Of a stretch of 50,633 bases of DNA, positions 18,133 through 27,055 are shown piece after piece. The notes below the pieces were generated by a model, which made no database searches, was not told the DNA's origin, and was given only the letters and a program-made list of their open reading frames with translations. The stretch is from sequence record NZ_CP025194.1; one strand, written 5' to 3'. The position numbers were made by a program, and so were the translations under genes. This DNA is from a plasmid. Each line of letters begins with the position of its first letter. Within the stretch, counting starts at the first letter, position 1.

Positions 18133-19263
18133 TCAAGAAGGGGGATAGATCCCGTACGCCCTGAAGCTCCCCCTGCCCGTCACCTCCTGGAGGATGCGGG
18201 CCTCCCGCAGCCTGGCCAGGATCAGTAGCGCGCCTTGGTGGGTCAGGCCGAGGTCCTTCGCCAGTTGCGGTGCGGTGACGATCGGCCGGCGCAGCACCAG
18301 TTCTGCGGCTGCCGGCAGCGAGGAGGAGCGCCGGCTGCCCTCGGTCAGGGCTGCGAGCTTTGCCTGCGCCGCCTCCAGCCGGTCAAGCACTTCCAGCCCG
18401 CGCCGGGCGGCGGCGGCCACGCGGGCGAGGAACAGTCCCGGCCAAGCGGCCGGATCCCCGGTGGGTCGCGGCAGCCGCTCCCCCGGCCTCGCCCCGCTCC
18501 AGAAGACCAGCGGCACCTGCGCCAGCCGCCGCCGGCGCTTCAGCAGCACGGTGGCCAGGAAGATCGCCTGCTGCGGCTCCGGCCGGGCGAGGTCGCCTTC
18601 CCCGGCCTCGCGCATCCAGCGGGCCGCGGCCCCTGCCGCGGCGAGCAGGGCCGGCACGCCCTCCCCCGTGCGCAGCCAGCCTCGCCGCCAGGCCGCGACG
18701 TCCGGGATCGCGGCGCCGGGCGATGCGGCGGCCGCCGGCCAGGCGCTGTCACCCAAGCTGCGCAGCGCTGCGGCAAGGCGATCGGCGTCATCGAGCGGAT
18801 CGCCGCGAAAGACCGGCAGCCGCGTCAGCAGGCGGGCCAGGGCGAGCGCCTGCTCCACCGGGTGCTCGGCCGCGACCGTGCCCACCTCGCCGTCGCGGCC
18901 ACCCCAGGTGGCGGGCATGGCGCGCTCCAGGCGGTGGAGGTCGGAAGCCGCGCTCCAGGAGCCGGTGAGGCCGGCGGCACGCAGGCCAAGGTCGTGCGGA
19001 TGGGTGGGCAGCCCCGCCTGGGTGAGCCAGGAGCTTGCCTCGGCGAGCGCCAGGCGGGCGACCAGGCCCTCGCGCAACGCCCCGGAAGCGGCCCCGGCGC
19101 GGGCGTCGAGGCGCGAGAGCAGGTCCTCGGCCTGGCTCAGCGGCAGCAGCAGCCGGGCGGGATCGGGGGCGGCTGCCGGCGGGGGCTGACCGGACCGGCG
19201 CGTGGCCCAGGGCGGCGTGCTACCGTCGTCGGGATCGCCTTCGTCCTCATCCCAGATTGCCAT
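18133..19263 (-). CDS. Hypothetical protein with C-terminal HTH (RHE_PE00001/DUF1612-like, as seen on rhizobial plasmids)
   Basis: 376 aa, Ala/Leu-rich. C-terminal LVLRRPIVTAPQLAKDLGLTHQGALLILARLREARIL is a winged-helix/HTH-like segment. Confidence 0.4.
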   Translation of the reverse strand: MAIWDEDEGDPDDGSTPPWATRRSGQPPPAAAPDPARLLLPLSQAEDLLSRLDARAGAASGALREGLVARLALAEASSWLTQAGLPTHPHDLGLRAAGLTGSWSAASDLHRLERAMPATWGGRDGEVGTVAAEHPVEQALALARLLTRLPVFRGDPLDDADRLAAALRSLGDSAWPAAAASPGAAIPDVAAWRRGWLRTGEGVPALLAAAGAAARWMREAGEGDLARPEPQQAIFLATVLLKRRRRLAQVPLVFWSGARPGERLPRPTGDPAAWPGLFLARVAAAARRGLEVLDRLEAAQAKLAALTEGSRRSSSLPAAAELVLRRPIVTAPQLAKDLGLTHQGALLILARLREARILQEVTGRGSFRAYGIYPPS

Positions 19264-19504
19264 GTCGCCAACCTCTGTCCGGAGCTGTTGAAGGGGCTTC
19301 GAGGCTCCTGGACTTCGTACTCAGGATAGGGGAAAAACAGTGGTTTGGAAATCGTTCTGAAATCCAAGACCGGGTATCGCTTGTGCTACTCCGAGGCCCC
19401 GCGGAACGCCCCCGGCGACCCCTTCCCGCCCCCGGAACCAGCGCCCTGCATTCCGTCCGCTAACCGTATTTTGCGGACGGAACAGCTTGCTCGCGCCGCA
19501 CGGA

Positions 19505-19530
19505 GGATATACCATTCACAAAGTATATCC
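19505..19530. promoter_or_regulatory. Inverted repeat ggatatac-N10-gtatatcc just upstream of the vapB RBS (putative VapB operator). Second IR tccgtccgc-N12-gcggacgga at 19447..19476.
   Basis: Read directly. Confidence 0.35.
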
Positions 19531-19543
19531 TTAGGAGATCGCC

Positions 19544-19780
19544 ATGCAGGTCAGCCGCTGGGGCAACAGCCTCGCCGTTCGCCTCCCCGCCGCCGTGGTC
19601 GAGGCTTTGGGCCTGCGCGAGGGCGACGAGGTCGCCATCGAGGTGGCCGACTCCCACACCTTCCGCGTGGCCCGCGACCGCCGCCGCGACGAGGCGATCG
19701 AGGCGCTGCGCGGTCTCGGCTGGCACCTGCCCGACGGCTTCCGTTTCTCGCGCGACGAAGCCAACGAGCGTGGCGGATGA
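19544..19780 (+). CDS. vapB: AbrB/MazE/SpoVT-type antitoxin VapB
   Basis: MQVSRWGNSLAVRLPAAVVEALGLREGDEV is a swapped-hairpin AbrB fold signature. Its stop overlaps the vapC start (ATGA). Confidence 0.7.
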   Translation: MQVSRWGNSLAVRLPAAVVEALGLREGDEVAIEVADSHTFRVARDRRRDEAIEALRGLGWHLPDGFRFSRDEANERGG

Positions 19781-20184
19781 ACCGGCCCTTCCTCGATACC
19801 AACATCCTGCTCTACGCTGCCCTGCAGCCGGATCCGCGTTCCGAGACGGCGCGCGGCCTCCTGGCCCGGGGCGGCCTGGTCAGCGTCCAGGTGCTCAACG
19901 AGTTCACCGCCGTCGCCCGCCGCAAGCTACGCCGGCCCTGGCCCGAGGTCATGCAGGCGCTGGCCGCCATCCGGACTCTCTGTCCGGCGCCCCGGCCGCT
20001 CACCGTCGCGACGCACGAGGCGGCCGTTGGGCTGGCGGAGAGGCTGGGCTACACGATCTACGATGCCTTGATCCTGGCCTCGGCCCTGGAGGCCGGCTGC
20101 GACACGCTCTTCTCCGAGGATCTGCAGGACGGGCAGGTGGTCGAAGGGCAACTGACCATCCGCAACCCCTTCGCCGCGCCATGA
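19777..20184 (+). CDS. vapC: PIN-domain toxin VapC
   Basis: FLDTNILLYA (first acidic residue) and the later TIYDALILASALEAGCDTLFSED motif. Confidence 0.75.
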   Translation: MNRPFLDTNILLYAALQPDPRSETARGLLARGGLVSVQVLNEFTAVARRKLRRPWPEVMQALAAIRTLCPAPRPLTVATHEAAVGLAERLGYTIYDALILASALEAGCDTLFSEDLQDGQVVEGQLTIRNPFAAP

Positions 20185-21305
20185 CCGGCGCCGGCTCCCC
20201 TGCCCCGCCCGCCTCCCCGGCGACGCCGGCCGCGGACGGCAGCCTGATCCTGCACACCACGCTGCTGGGCGACCTGGTGGTGCCGGGTGGCGCCGCCCGC
20301 GCCGCCGAACTCCGCGAACTCGCCGCCCAGGCCGCGGTCTATGCCACCCGCGCCCGCGGCCCCGGCACCCGGCGCGCCTACCGCTCCGCCTGGAGCGGCT
20401 ACGAGCGCTGGTGCCGCTCGCTCGGCCGCGAGCCGCTTTCGGGCGATGCCGGCACGCTGGCCCTCTATGCCACCGCCTGCGCCGGCCGGGGCCTCAGCCC
20501 CGCCAGCCTGCGCGTCCACCTCGCCGCCATCCAGGCCGCCCACCGCCTGGCCGGGGTGGCGCTGGATCCGCGCGAGCCGCGGCTGGCCATGGTGCTCGAG
20601 GGCATCGCCCGCAGCCACGGCACCCGCCCCCGCAGGCGCGCCGCCGCGGCCGGCCCGGACGCCCTGCGGCTGATGCTGGCCGCCCGTCCGCCCGCCACCA
20701 CCCCGCTCGGCGCCCGCGACCGGGCGCTGCTGCTGGTGGGCTTCGGGGCGGCGCTGCGGCGCAGCGAGCTGGTGGGTCTGGCACTGGGGGATGTGGAGGT
20801 CGTCCCGGGCCGGGGCCTGCGCGTGCTGATCCGCCGCTCCAAGACCGACCAGCGCGGCGCCGGCCAGGAGGTCGCCGTCTGGGCCAACCCGGCCGAGCCG
20901 GGCTGCTGTCCGCTGGCGGCGCTGGAGGCCTGGCTGGGTTTCCGGAAGGGGGCTTCCGACATCACCGGCGGGGGCTCCGATCGGGAGCGGCCGCTCTTTG
21001 TGGGCATGAGCAAGGCGGGGAAGCTCTCCACCGCCGCGCTGTCGGACAAGGCGGTGTGGCGGCTGGTGAAGGGGGCAGCCGAGGCGGCCGGGCTGGAGGG
21101 GTGGGAGCGCTTCTCGGGGCACTCGCTGCGGGCGGGGCTCGCCACCGCCGCCGGCGAGCAGGGCGCCGACCTCGCCCAGGTCATGCGACAGACCCGCCAC
21201 CGCTCCGCCGAGGTCGCTCTCGGCTATCTGCGACCGGCCGACCTGTGGCGCAACAACCCCACGCGCGGGATCTGGAAGGCCAGCACAGATAACCAAGAAG
21301 GCTGA
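20181..21305 (+). CDS. Tyrosine recombinase / phage-integrase family protein
   Basis: N-terminal SAM-like domain, then RRSELVGL..RRSKTDQ..HSLRAGLAT..RQTRHRS..LGYL (R..HxxR..Y catalytic set). Start ATG overlaps the vapC stop. Confidence 0.8.
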   Translation: MTGAGSPAPPASPATPAADGSLILHTTLLGDLVVPGGAARAAELRELAAQAAVYATRARGPGTRRAYRSAWSGYERWCRSLGREPLSGDAGTLALYATACAGRGLSPASLRVHLAAIQAAHRLAGVALDPREPRLAMVLEGIARSHGTRPRRRAAAAGPDALRLMLAARPPATTPLGARDRALLLVGFGAALRRSELVGLALGDVEVVPGRGLRVLIRRSKTDQRGAGQEVAVWANPAEPGCCPLAALEAWLGFRKGASDITGGGSDRERPLFVGMSKAGKLSTAALSDKAVWRLVKGAAEAAGLEGWERFSGHSLRAGLATAAGEQGADLAQVMRQTRHRSAEVALGYLRPADLWRNNPTRGIWKASTDNQEG

Positions 21306-21417
21306 CCAGTGGAGCTGGGCGACGGAGCCTCGGGACAGGTAGGGGGTGCGCCCCAGGCGAAGCTTGCTCCCGGCGATCCGGAAAAGATATACTGCCGGGA
21401 TATACACGGAGGAGAGC

Positions 21418-21642
21418 ATGCCCGCCCGCACGACCCTGTTCCTGTCCAACCGCTCCCAGGCCGTGCGCCTGCCCAAGGGCGTGGCCTTCGGCGAGGGCGT
21501 GCGCGAGGTGGTGATCCTGCGCGACGGTCCCCGCCGCGTCATCGCCCCGGCCGATGCGCTGTGGGACGACTTCTTCGCAGGGCCCGGTGTAGACCTGGAT
21601 GATCGCCAGCAGCCGGCGATGCGGGAACGCGAGGCGCTGTGA
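21418..21642 (+). CDS. vapB: VapB-type antitoxin (second module)
   Basis: MPARTTLFLSNRSQAVRLPKGVAF. RBS ggagga at 21408. Confidence 0.7.
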   Translation: MPARTTLFLSNRSQAVRLPKGVAFGEGVREVVILRDGPRRVIAPADALWDDFFAGPGVDLDDRQQPAMREREAL

Positions 21643-22049
21643 CGCTGCGCTACCTGCTCGACACCAACCTGTGCATCCGGGTGCTGCGCGATCGCCCGGC
21701 CGGCCTGCGGGGGCGTTTCAACGCGGAGGCCGCGGCGCTCTGCACCTCGGACGTGGTGCTCTACGAGCTGCTCTACGGGGCGGAGCGCTCAGCCCGGCCC
21801 GCCGAGACGCGGCGCGAGGTGGAGCGCTTCGTGGCCAGGCTGAGCGTGCTGCCCTTCGACGGTGACGCGGCGGCGCACACGGCCGAGATCCGGGCGAGCC
21901 TGGAGCGGCGTGGCGGGGTGATCGGTCCCTACGACCTGATGATCGTGGGCCAGGCGCGCAGCCGCGGGCTGGTGGTGGTGACCGGCAACCTGAGCGAGTT
22001 CGGCCGGGTGGAGGGTCTGCGCTGCGAGGATTGGCTGGCCGGGGCCTGA
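21639..22049 (+). CDS. vapC: PIN-domain toxin VapC (second module)
   Basis: YLLDTNLCI..DVVLYELLYGAERS..GPYDLMIVGQARSRGLVVVTGN. GTG start overlapping the vapB stop. Confidence 0.75.
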   Translation: MTLRYLLDTNLCIRVLRDRPAGLRGRFNAEAAALCTSDVVLYELLYGAERSARPAETRREVERFVARLSVLPFDGDAAAHTAEIRASLERRGGVIGPYDLMIVGQARSRGLVVVTGNLSEFGRVEGLRCEDWLAGA

Positions 22050-22079
22050 AGGCCTCCTCGCAGGGCAGCGAGTCCAGAT

Positions 22080-22115
22080 CTCACAATCTGAAACGACCGT
22101 TTGAAGGATTGTGAG
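22080..22115. terminator. Hairpin (ctcacaatc / gattgtgag, 9-bp arms) between the convergent vapC and helicase genes
   Basis: Read directly. Possible bidirectional terminator. Confidence 0.35.
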
Positions 22116-22117
22116 AG

Positions 22118-25100
22118 CTAACCCTGATCTGCCCACCGCGGGTCGGCTAGCGCAGCATCCAACTCTCGGCCAGTCAGCCGAGATTTGACTTGGCTTGGTC
22201 CGAGGTTTTCTCGGAATTCCCGAAGGTCCGCAATGTGATGGCCCTCCCAATCCGGATAACCTCCAAGTCGCTCAAATACATTCTGAAGGCGATGGGCAGT
22301 CGGAGTCTGTTCGCTCGCTAAGCGGTAAAACTTTCCGTTTAGGTCGTCAGTATCTGGCTCAAAACAAATTAAAAGCCGGCCAAGCTCGTCAATCAATCGG
22401 AGGCGTACAGCTTCATTCTGGGCCACAGCTTTTGTTCTGTCGCCAGCTTCAAATTGCTGTACCATCTTCGCAACCTTACTCTGTGCAGCTATGCGCAGCT
22501 TCGCGCACGCGGTCTGCCAAGCTCCTGTCGGGACATTTTGCCCATCCCAAGACGTAACTAGAACCTTTAGGTCGGAGAACGAGCTGACCTCCTGTATGCT
22601 CGCACCTTCCAACCAAGCGCAGAGAGTAACCCGGAATGCGCCTGCCTCAGCCGAAACAAGCAGAAGCGGTAGCCGCTCACCAGGTTGCTGAAGCAGTCGG
22701 TGCATCGTGTGCTGGCGCTGATCGAGACCATCCACGCAAGCGGCTTCTGCGCTGGTTGTTATCGCAGATGGGTGGGTTACTAAGCAGAGTGGACCGTCGC
22801 CAATTCGATGCAGGGCATTGCTCTCGGACGTCACTCGCACACCCGTCCCGTCCAGAGCTGCGAGAAGCGCCTCGGTATCGCTCGCCAAGACTAGGCCTGC
22901 CTCGACGGCCATCGGTACAGGTTCGTCCTCGGGGAATGCCTGCATCAAGGTTGGATTGGCGCGGATCTCGTCTGCGGCTCGGCCCAGGGCTTCTTCGTCA
23001 ACTTCCTCGCGGCCGATCAGCATGCGCAATGCCTGCGACAGCACGGGCTGCATCGGTCCCACGAAGGTTTCGAAAAGCCCGCAGCGCGACGCAAGTGCCT
23101 TGTACACCCTCTCATCGATGCTGTGCTTGAGGTAGAGGTTGACCACGGGTAGAATAGGCAGCTCCTGCCCGATGCGGTCGATACGCCCAATCCGCTGCTC
23201 GACCTTCGACGGGTTCCAAGGCAGGTCAAAGTTGACCAAGGCGCCGGCGGCCTGAAGGTTGAGCCCCTCGCTTGCGGCATCCGTGCAGACAAGAACCTTG
23301 ATGGTGCCGTCACGGAGCGCCTTGGTGACCACTTCCTTCGAGGCGGGAACCCAACCGTTCCCTGACCGTAGCGCCCCGCCTTCACCGGAATAGGACGCCA
23401 CTGACGCGCCGAAGGCACCGACGAGGGCATCGCGCAGATACACCATCGTGTCGGAGTAGCCGGTGAAGATCAGAACAGCTCTGCCGTCGCCGGTAAGCTG
23501 TTTGGTTCGTGCCACGAGCCGGTCACGCTTCGTATCTAGCGCGCCAAGCGCGGCGATGCGTTCCAGAAGCTCTTCGACCTCGACGAGCTCTGCGCGTGCT
23601 TCCTTGGGCGTCTCGGGTAGCGCCGACGTTAACTTCACATTCAGCAAGTCCTCCAGCTCCTGGGCGTCCTCGATGTCGAGAACACTTGGATCCGGAGCAT
23701 GCTGGGCGATCACGGCCTTTAGACCAGTCGCGCGACGCTCCAGGCTCTTGCGCAGCGCCACCGGCGAGCTTGCCGCGCGCCGGCGGTAGATCGTCATTAC
23801 AAAGCCCTTGCCGGGCTTCTGGTTCTCCAGTTCGTTGAAGCGGCGGTCGATATAGCTCGTGACCGCCTCATAGACTTCGCGCTCCTCCGCAGTTTCGAAG
23901 CCAAACGGATCGTCCTTCACATCCCTTGTTGGCGGCGGGCGATCGAGCAGGCCCATCTCGAAGTACTTGCGCAGAGTGCGCCTCGTGTTGCGGTGCATCC
24001 GCCTGACCAAAGGCGAGCAGACGCGCATCCATCGCACCGCATCCTGCCTTGATGCCGCGGGCAGGAAACGGAGCGCCTTCGCGAAGGCATCGGCATCATC
24101 TATGGGGGGCAAGCCCAGGCTGGCGGGCGCAGGTGGACAATGTGGCGTTGCGGCCAGGGTGCGCGCCAAGGCCATGCCTTCGCTGCGCGGCAGAGTGCCG
24201 CGGTCCAGGCTTGCCAGCGCCTCATGGAAGCGGCGGACGATGTGGAAGCCGGAAAGCCACAGGCCACCCTCACCGAGCACCTGCAGAAGATCCCACGGCT
24301 CCCATGGATGCGTCTGCATCGGCGTGGCCGACAGGATCATAAAACTGCGCGCCTGACCCTTCATCTGCATGTGACGCAGCAGGCCGAGCAGCAAGGTCGG
24401 CGCGTTGAACTCGCCCTCGATCTGGCTGGCGCGTCGAGCGGCATGACCCTCGTCCAGCAGCACGAGGTCCCAGGGTGTAGCGGCCATTAAGGTCGGAAGA
24501 TTGCCCTCCGAGCGCGCGGTCTCGCGACTCAGCAGCAGCAGGGGCTCCTCCAGGGCCTCGGCCAGACTAGAGACCGCCTGCTTCGTGCCATCTGGCCAAA
24601 CGAGCGTCTTCGGCCCCTCCATCCGCGGCACGCGCAGGCCGCCCTTCTCACGGAGTTCTCCCTGCCACTGCGGTAGCAGGTTCGCGGGGGGCAAGATCAG
24701 CGCGCGCTTCACCCCGCGGCCTGCGAGCAGCCGTCGTAGCGTAAGGATCGCCTCGACCGTCTTGCCCATGCCTACCTCGTCACAGAGCAGGCGTCCCTCG
24801 GGCCAAGCCGCGGCGGTCTCTGCCACCACATGCCGCTGGTGCGGCCAAAGCGTGACGGGGGCCATCGCATCGCAGGTCGCCGCTCCGCCGTCTGGCATGT
24901 ACGGCGCTTCGAGGGCGTAGCCCCAGAGCATCGCAGCTCGCTGGCGGCGTCGGTTATCTTCGGGCTCCGATACCGGCGGCGCTTCCGGCGCTAGCTTGAT
25001 CAGCTCGTCTCGCACCGCGTCGGGCAGCGATACGGTCACGACGGCAGGGTCGTCGCCCGACCACAACAGCTCGAACTCATCGCGGAAGTGAGCATGACGC

Positions 25101-25678
25101 TCGGGATCATCCCAGCTTCGACTGATCTCCAGCTTCTCGTAATTGCCGCGAATGCCCTTAGCACTTTCGTTGCCACTTCCGGCGAAGATCACCGCGTCTT
25201 CAGCCGCGTCGACAAACAGCCCAAACTTGGCGTGCAGGATGCCATCGCCCTGCCGCATGACGCCTACCTTCATCTCCAGCCAGCCTTCGCGTGCCAACCA
25301 AGCCAGCATCTCGAGCCGGCCCTTCTGCAAAGCGGTCTCCGGCGTGCCAAGACGCGCGAGAAGAGCATCGATCAGAGGTGTGTCATCGCCGGCATCTAGC
25401 AGCGCCCGAACGTCGAGCTCGGCCAGTTCCTCATTTACCAGAAGACGTAGCGCTGGCTTCTTGGTGATGGCGCCATCCACGATCCGCTGGATGAACGCGC
25501 CGAAGCCGGAAGCTGCGGCCGCGAGTACAGAAGATGAGAAATAGGCGCAGCAGCGGTCGTAGCGTACCGCACAGCGCAATCCGGGCTCGTAGAGTCGGGC
25601 GACCAACTGGCCATCTGGCGCACGCAAGAAGCGAGGCCAGGCAAACTCCCTGAGGGACGAAGGTGCGGTGGAGCTCAA
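22118..25678 (-). CDS. PLD-family (single HKD) nuclease domain fused to an SNF2-family helicase (1186 aa). Putative defence effector.
   Basis: HKD motif LHAKFGLFVD..GSGNESAKG. SNF2 motif I LLCDEVGMGKTVEAI, motif II VLLDEGHAARR, motif VI QRIGRIDRIGQ. Last gene of the minus-strand operon. Confidence 0.8.
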   Translation of the reverse strand: MSSTAPSSLREFAWPRFLRAPDGQLVARLYEPGLRCAVRYDRCCAYFSSSVLAAAASGFGAFIQRIVDGAITKKPALRLLVNEELAELDVRALLDAGDDTPLIDALLARLGTPETALQKGRLEMLAWLAREGWLEMKVGVMRQGDGILHAKFGLFVDAAEDAVIFAGSGNESAKGIRGNYEKLEISRSWDDPERHAHFRDEFELLWSGDDPAVVTVSLPDAVRDELIKLAPEAPPVSEPEDNRRRQRAAMLWGYALEAPYMPDGGAATCDAMAPVTLWPHQRHVVAETAAAWPEGRLLCDEVGMGKTVEAILTLRRLLAGRGVKRALILPPANLLPQWQGELREKGGLRVPRMEGPKTLVWPDGTKQAVSSLAEALEEPLLLLSRETARSEGNLPTLMAATPWDLVLLDEGHAARRASQIEGEFNAPTLLLGLLRHMQMKGQARSFMILSATPMQTHPWEPWDLLQVLGEGGLWLSGFHIVRRFHEALASLDRGTLPRSEGMALARTLAATPHCPPAPASLGLPPIDDADAFAKALRFLPAASRQDAVRWMRVCSPLVRRMHRNTRRTLRKYFEMGLLDRPPPTRDVKDDPFGFETAEEREVYEAVTSYIDRRFNELENQKPGKGFVMTIYRRRAASSPVALRKSLERRATGLKAVIAQHAPDPSVLDIEDAQELEDLLNVKLTSALPETPKEARAELVEVEELLERIAALGALDTKRDRLVARTKQLTGDGRAVLIFTGYSDTMVYLRDALVGAFGASVASYSGEGGALRSGNGWVPASKEVVTKALRDGTIKVLVCTDAASEGLNLQAAGALVNFDLPWNPSKVEQRIGRIDRIGQELPILPVVNLYLKHSIDERVYKALASRCGLFETFVGPMQPVLSQALRMLIGREEVDEEALGRAADEIRANPTLMQAFPEDEPVPMAVEAGLVLASDTEALLAALDGTGVRVTSESNALHRIGDGPLCLVTHPSAITTSAEAACVDGLDQRQHTMHRLLQQPGERLPLLLVSAEAGAFRVTLCAWLEGASIQEVSSFSDLKVLVTSWDGQNVPTGAWQTACAKLRIAAQSKVAKMVQQFEAGDRTKAVAQNEAVRLRLIDELGRLLICFEPDTDDLNGKFYRLASEQTPTAHRLQNVFERLGGYPDWEGHHIADLREFRENLGPSQVKSRLTGRELDAALADPRWADQG

Positions 25679-25729
25679 GGGTAAGCACCCTCTCCGAAGT
25701 ACGGTCCGGGTAGCGGCAAGGGCGCGAAG

Positions 25730-27055
25730 CTAGGCGCAGCCACAGGGCATCCCCACGATGGCTAAGGGGAACCAGGGATGACGTCCCGGACTAGCGACGC
25801 CGGCAACGTGCGCCGGGCGTCCGCTCCCCGGGCAAGCCGCGCATACCTTCAACGGCCAATCGAGTGCCTTGAACGTAGGTCCCGGCTGATCGCGATCGCC
25901 ACCTGCTCGCAGCAGCACCAGCACGTCTGCCCAGTGCCGCATGTGATCGTAGGCAGCGCGATTCGTCTCTGCACCGTGGTGCGGGGCTGTCGCCACGATA
26001 GGAAGGTCCGGTGGCCTGCTGTGCCTTAGGAAGGATTGGGCGAACCGCCGGCCATCCCCGAGGGGCGAATCGCCGCAGAAGAGAACGCCCAGACGAGACA
26101 ATTTGGGTGGCGCAAGAAATACTAGGCTTTGTCGGTTGATGACCGTCAACCTCATGAGGAAGCTCAGCTTGAACGGCGCTGGTGCCTGCTCCCTCGCATT
26201 GATCGGCTCAAGAAAGCCGCACACGCCGCCGGAGGGGCGTCTCATGCTGGCAAAGGCATGATAGTCAAACCATCGGATCCGGAGCCGTCGTGCGATCGCC
26301 GCGGCAGCGATCCGACGTATCGCCTCCACGGTGTCAACCATTCCAAGCCACGCTGTTGCCGCTGCCGTACTCAGGCGGCGCTTCCTCTTCCGATATAGGA
26401 TGCGCGACCTTGCCGACTGGAATGCAGCATCCGCGACCTTCTCGATGGGCAAGTTCTTGGCCCCACGGAGCTCGGCGAACCACGGAGGGTCGTCCGTCGG
26501 CTCTGTCGTGCCGAGATCGATCTCGGGATCATCCCAATCCTCTCCGCCTGCAGGCACCTCATCGGAAGCATCTGCGCGATCAGCATCGCGAACGGGCGGC
26601 GCCTCCTGTCCTAGTCCGGAGATATCGGCAGGGACTGGGTCGGTAGATTCTTCGAAACGAGTGAAGGGTGCCTCAACGAGTGGGTCTGGCGCGTTCTCGC
26701 GGATGAGGGTGTCCAGCTCCCTGATCAATTGATCCACGAAGCCCTTCGGGTTCTTCATGAGTTCCGGTACGACGCCGACCCATCGCCCCGGCAACCACAC
26801 CTGCCCTATCCCGCCGGGCCAATGTCTGAGCACATCCGGCAGGCCGCCCGCGTGATCGCCATCGCCATGGGTACAGACCACAATGTCCAGCGGCTTGATC
26901 GCTGGAAGATGCGTGGCAAGGACGCGGGTGACATTGTCCTTCTTCCAACCGCCGTCGACCAGGACAGCATGGCCACGCCGACGCAACAGGAAGGCCTCAC
27001 CGCTGATCGGGAGTGCGAGCACCTGGTCGCACATGGCGGCGGGCACGGCGCTCAT
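25730..27055 (-). CDS. Metallo-beta-lactamase-fold protein (441 aa)
   Basis: VVCTHGDGDHAGG (HxHxDH-like metal-binding motif) near the N-terminus. Its stop overlaps the upstream methyltransferase gene by 4 bp. Confidence 0.6.
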   Translation of the reverse strand: MSAVPAAMCDQVLALPISGEAFLLRRRGHAVLVDGGWKKDNVTRVLATHLPAIKPLDIVVCTHGDGDHAGGLPDVLRHWPGGIGQVWLPGRWVGVVPELMKNPKGFVDQLIRELDTLIRENAPDPLVEAPFTRFEESTDPVPADISGLGQEAPPVRDADRADASDEVPAGGEDWDDPEIDLGTTEPTDDPPWFAELRGAKNLPIEKVADAAFQSARSRILYRKRKRRLSTAAATAWLGMVDTVEAIRRIAAAAIARRLRIRWFDYHAFASMRRPSGGVCGFLEPINAREQAPAPFKLSFLMRLTVINRQSLVFLAPPKLSRLGVLFCGDSPLGDGRRFAQSFLRHSRPPDLPIVATAPHHGAETNRAAYDHMRHWADVLVLLRAGGDRDQPGPTFKALDWPLKVCAACPGSGRPAHVAGVASPGRHPWFPLAIVGMPCGCA

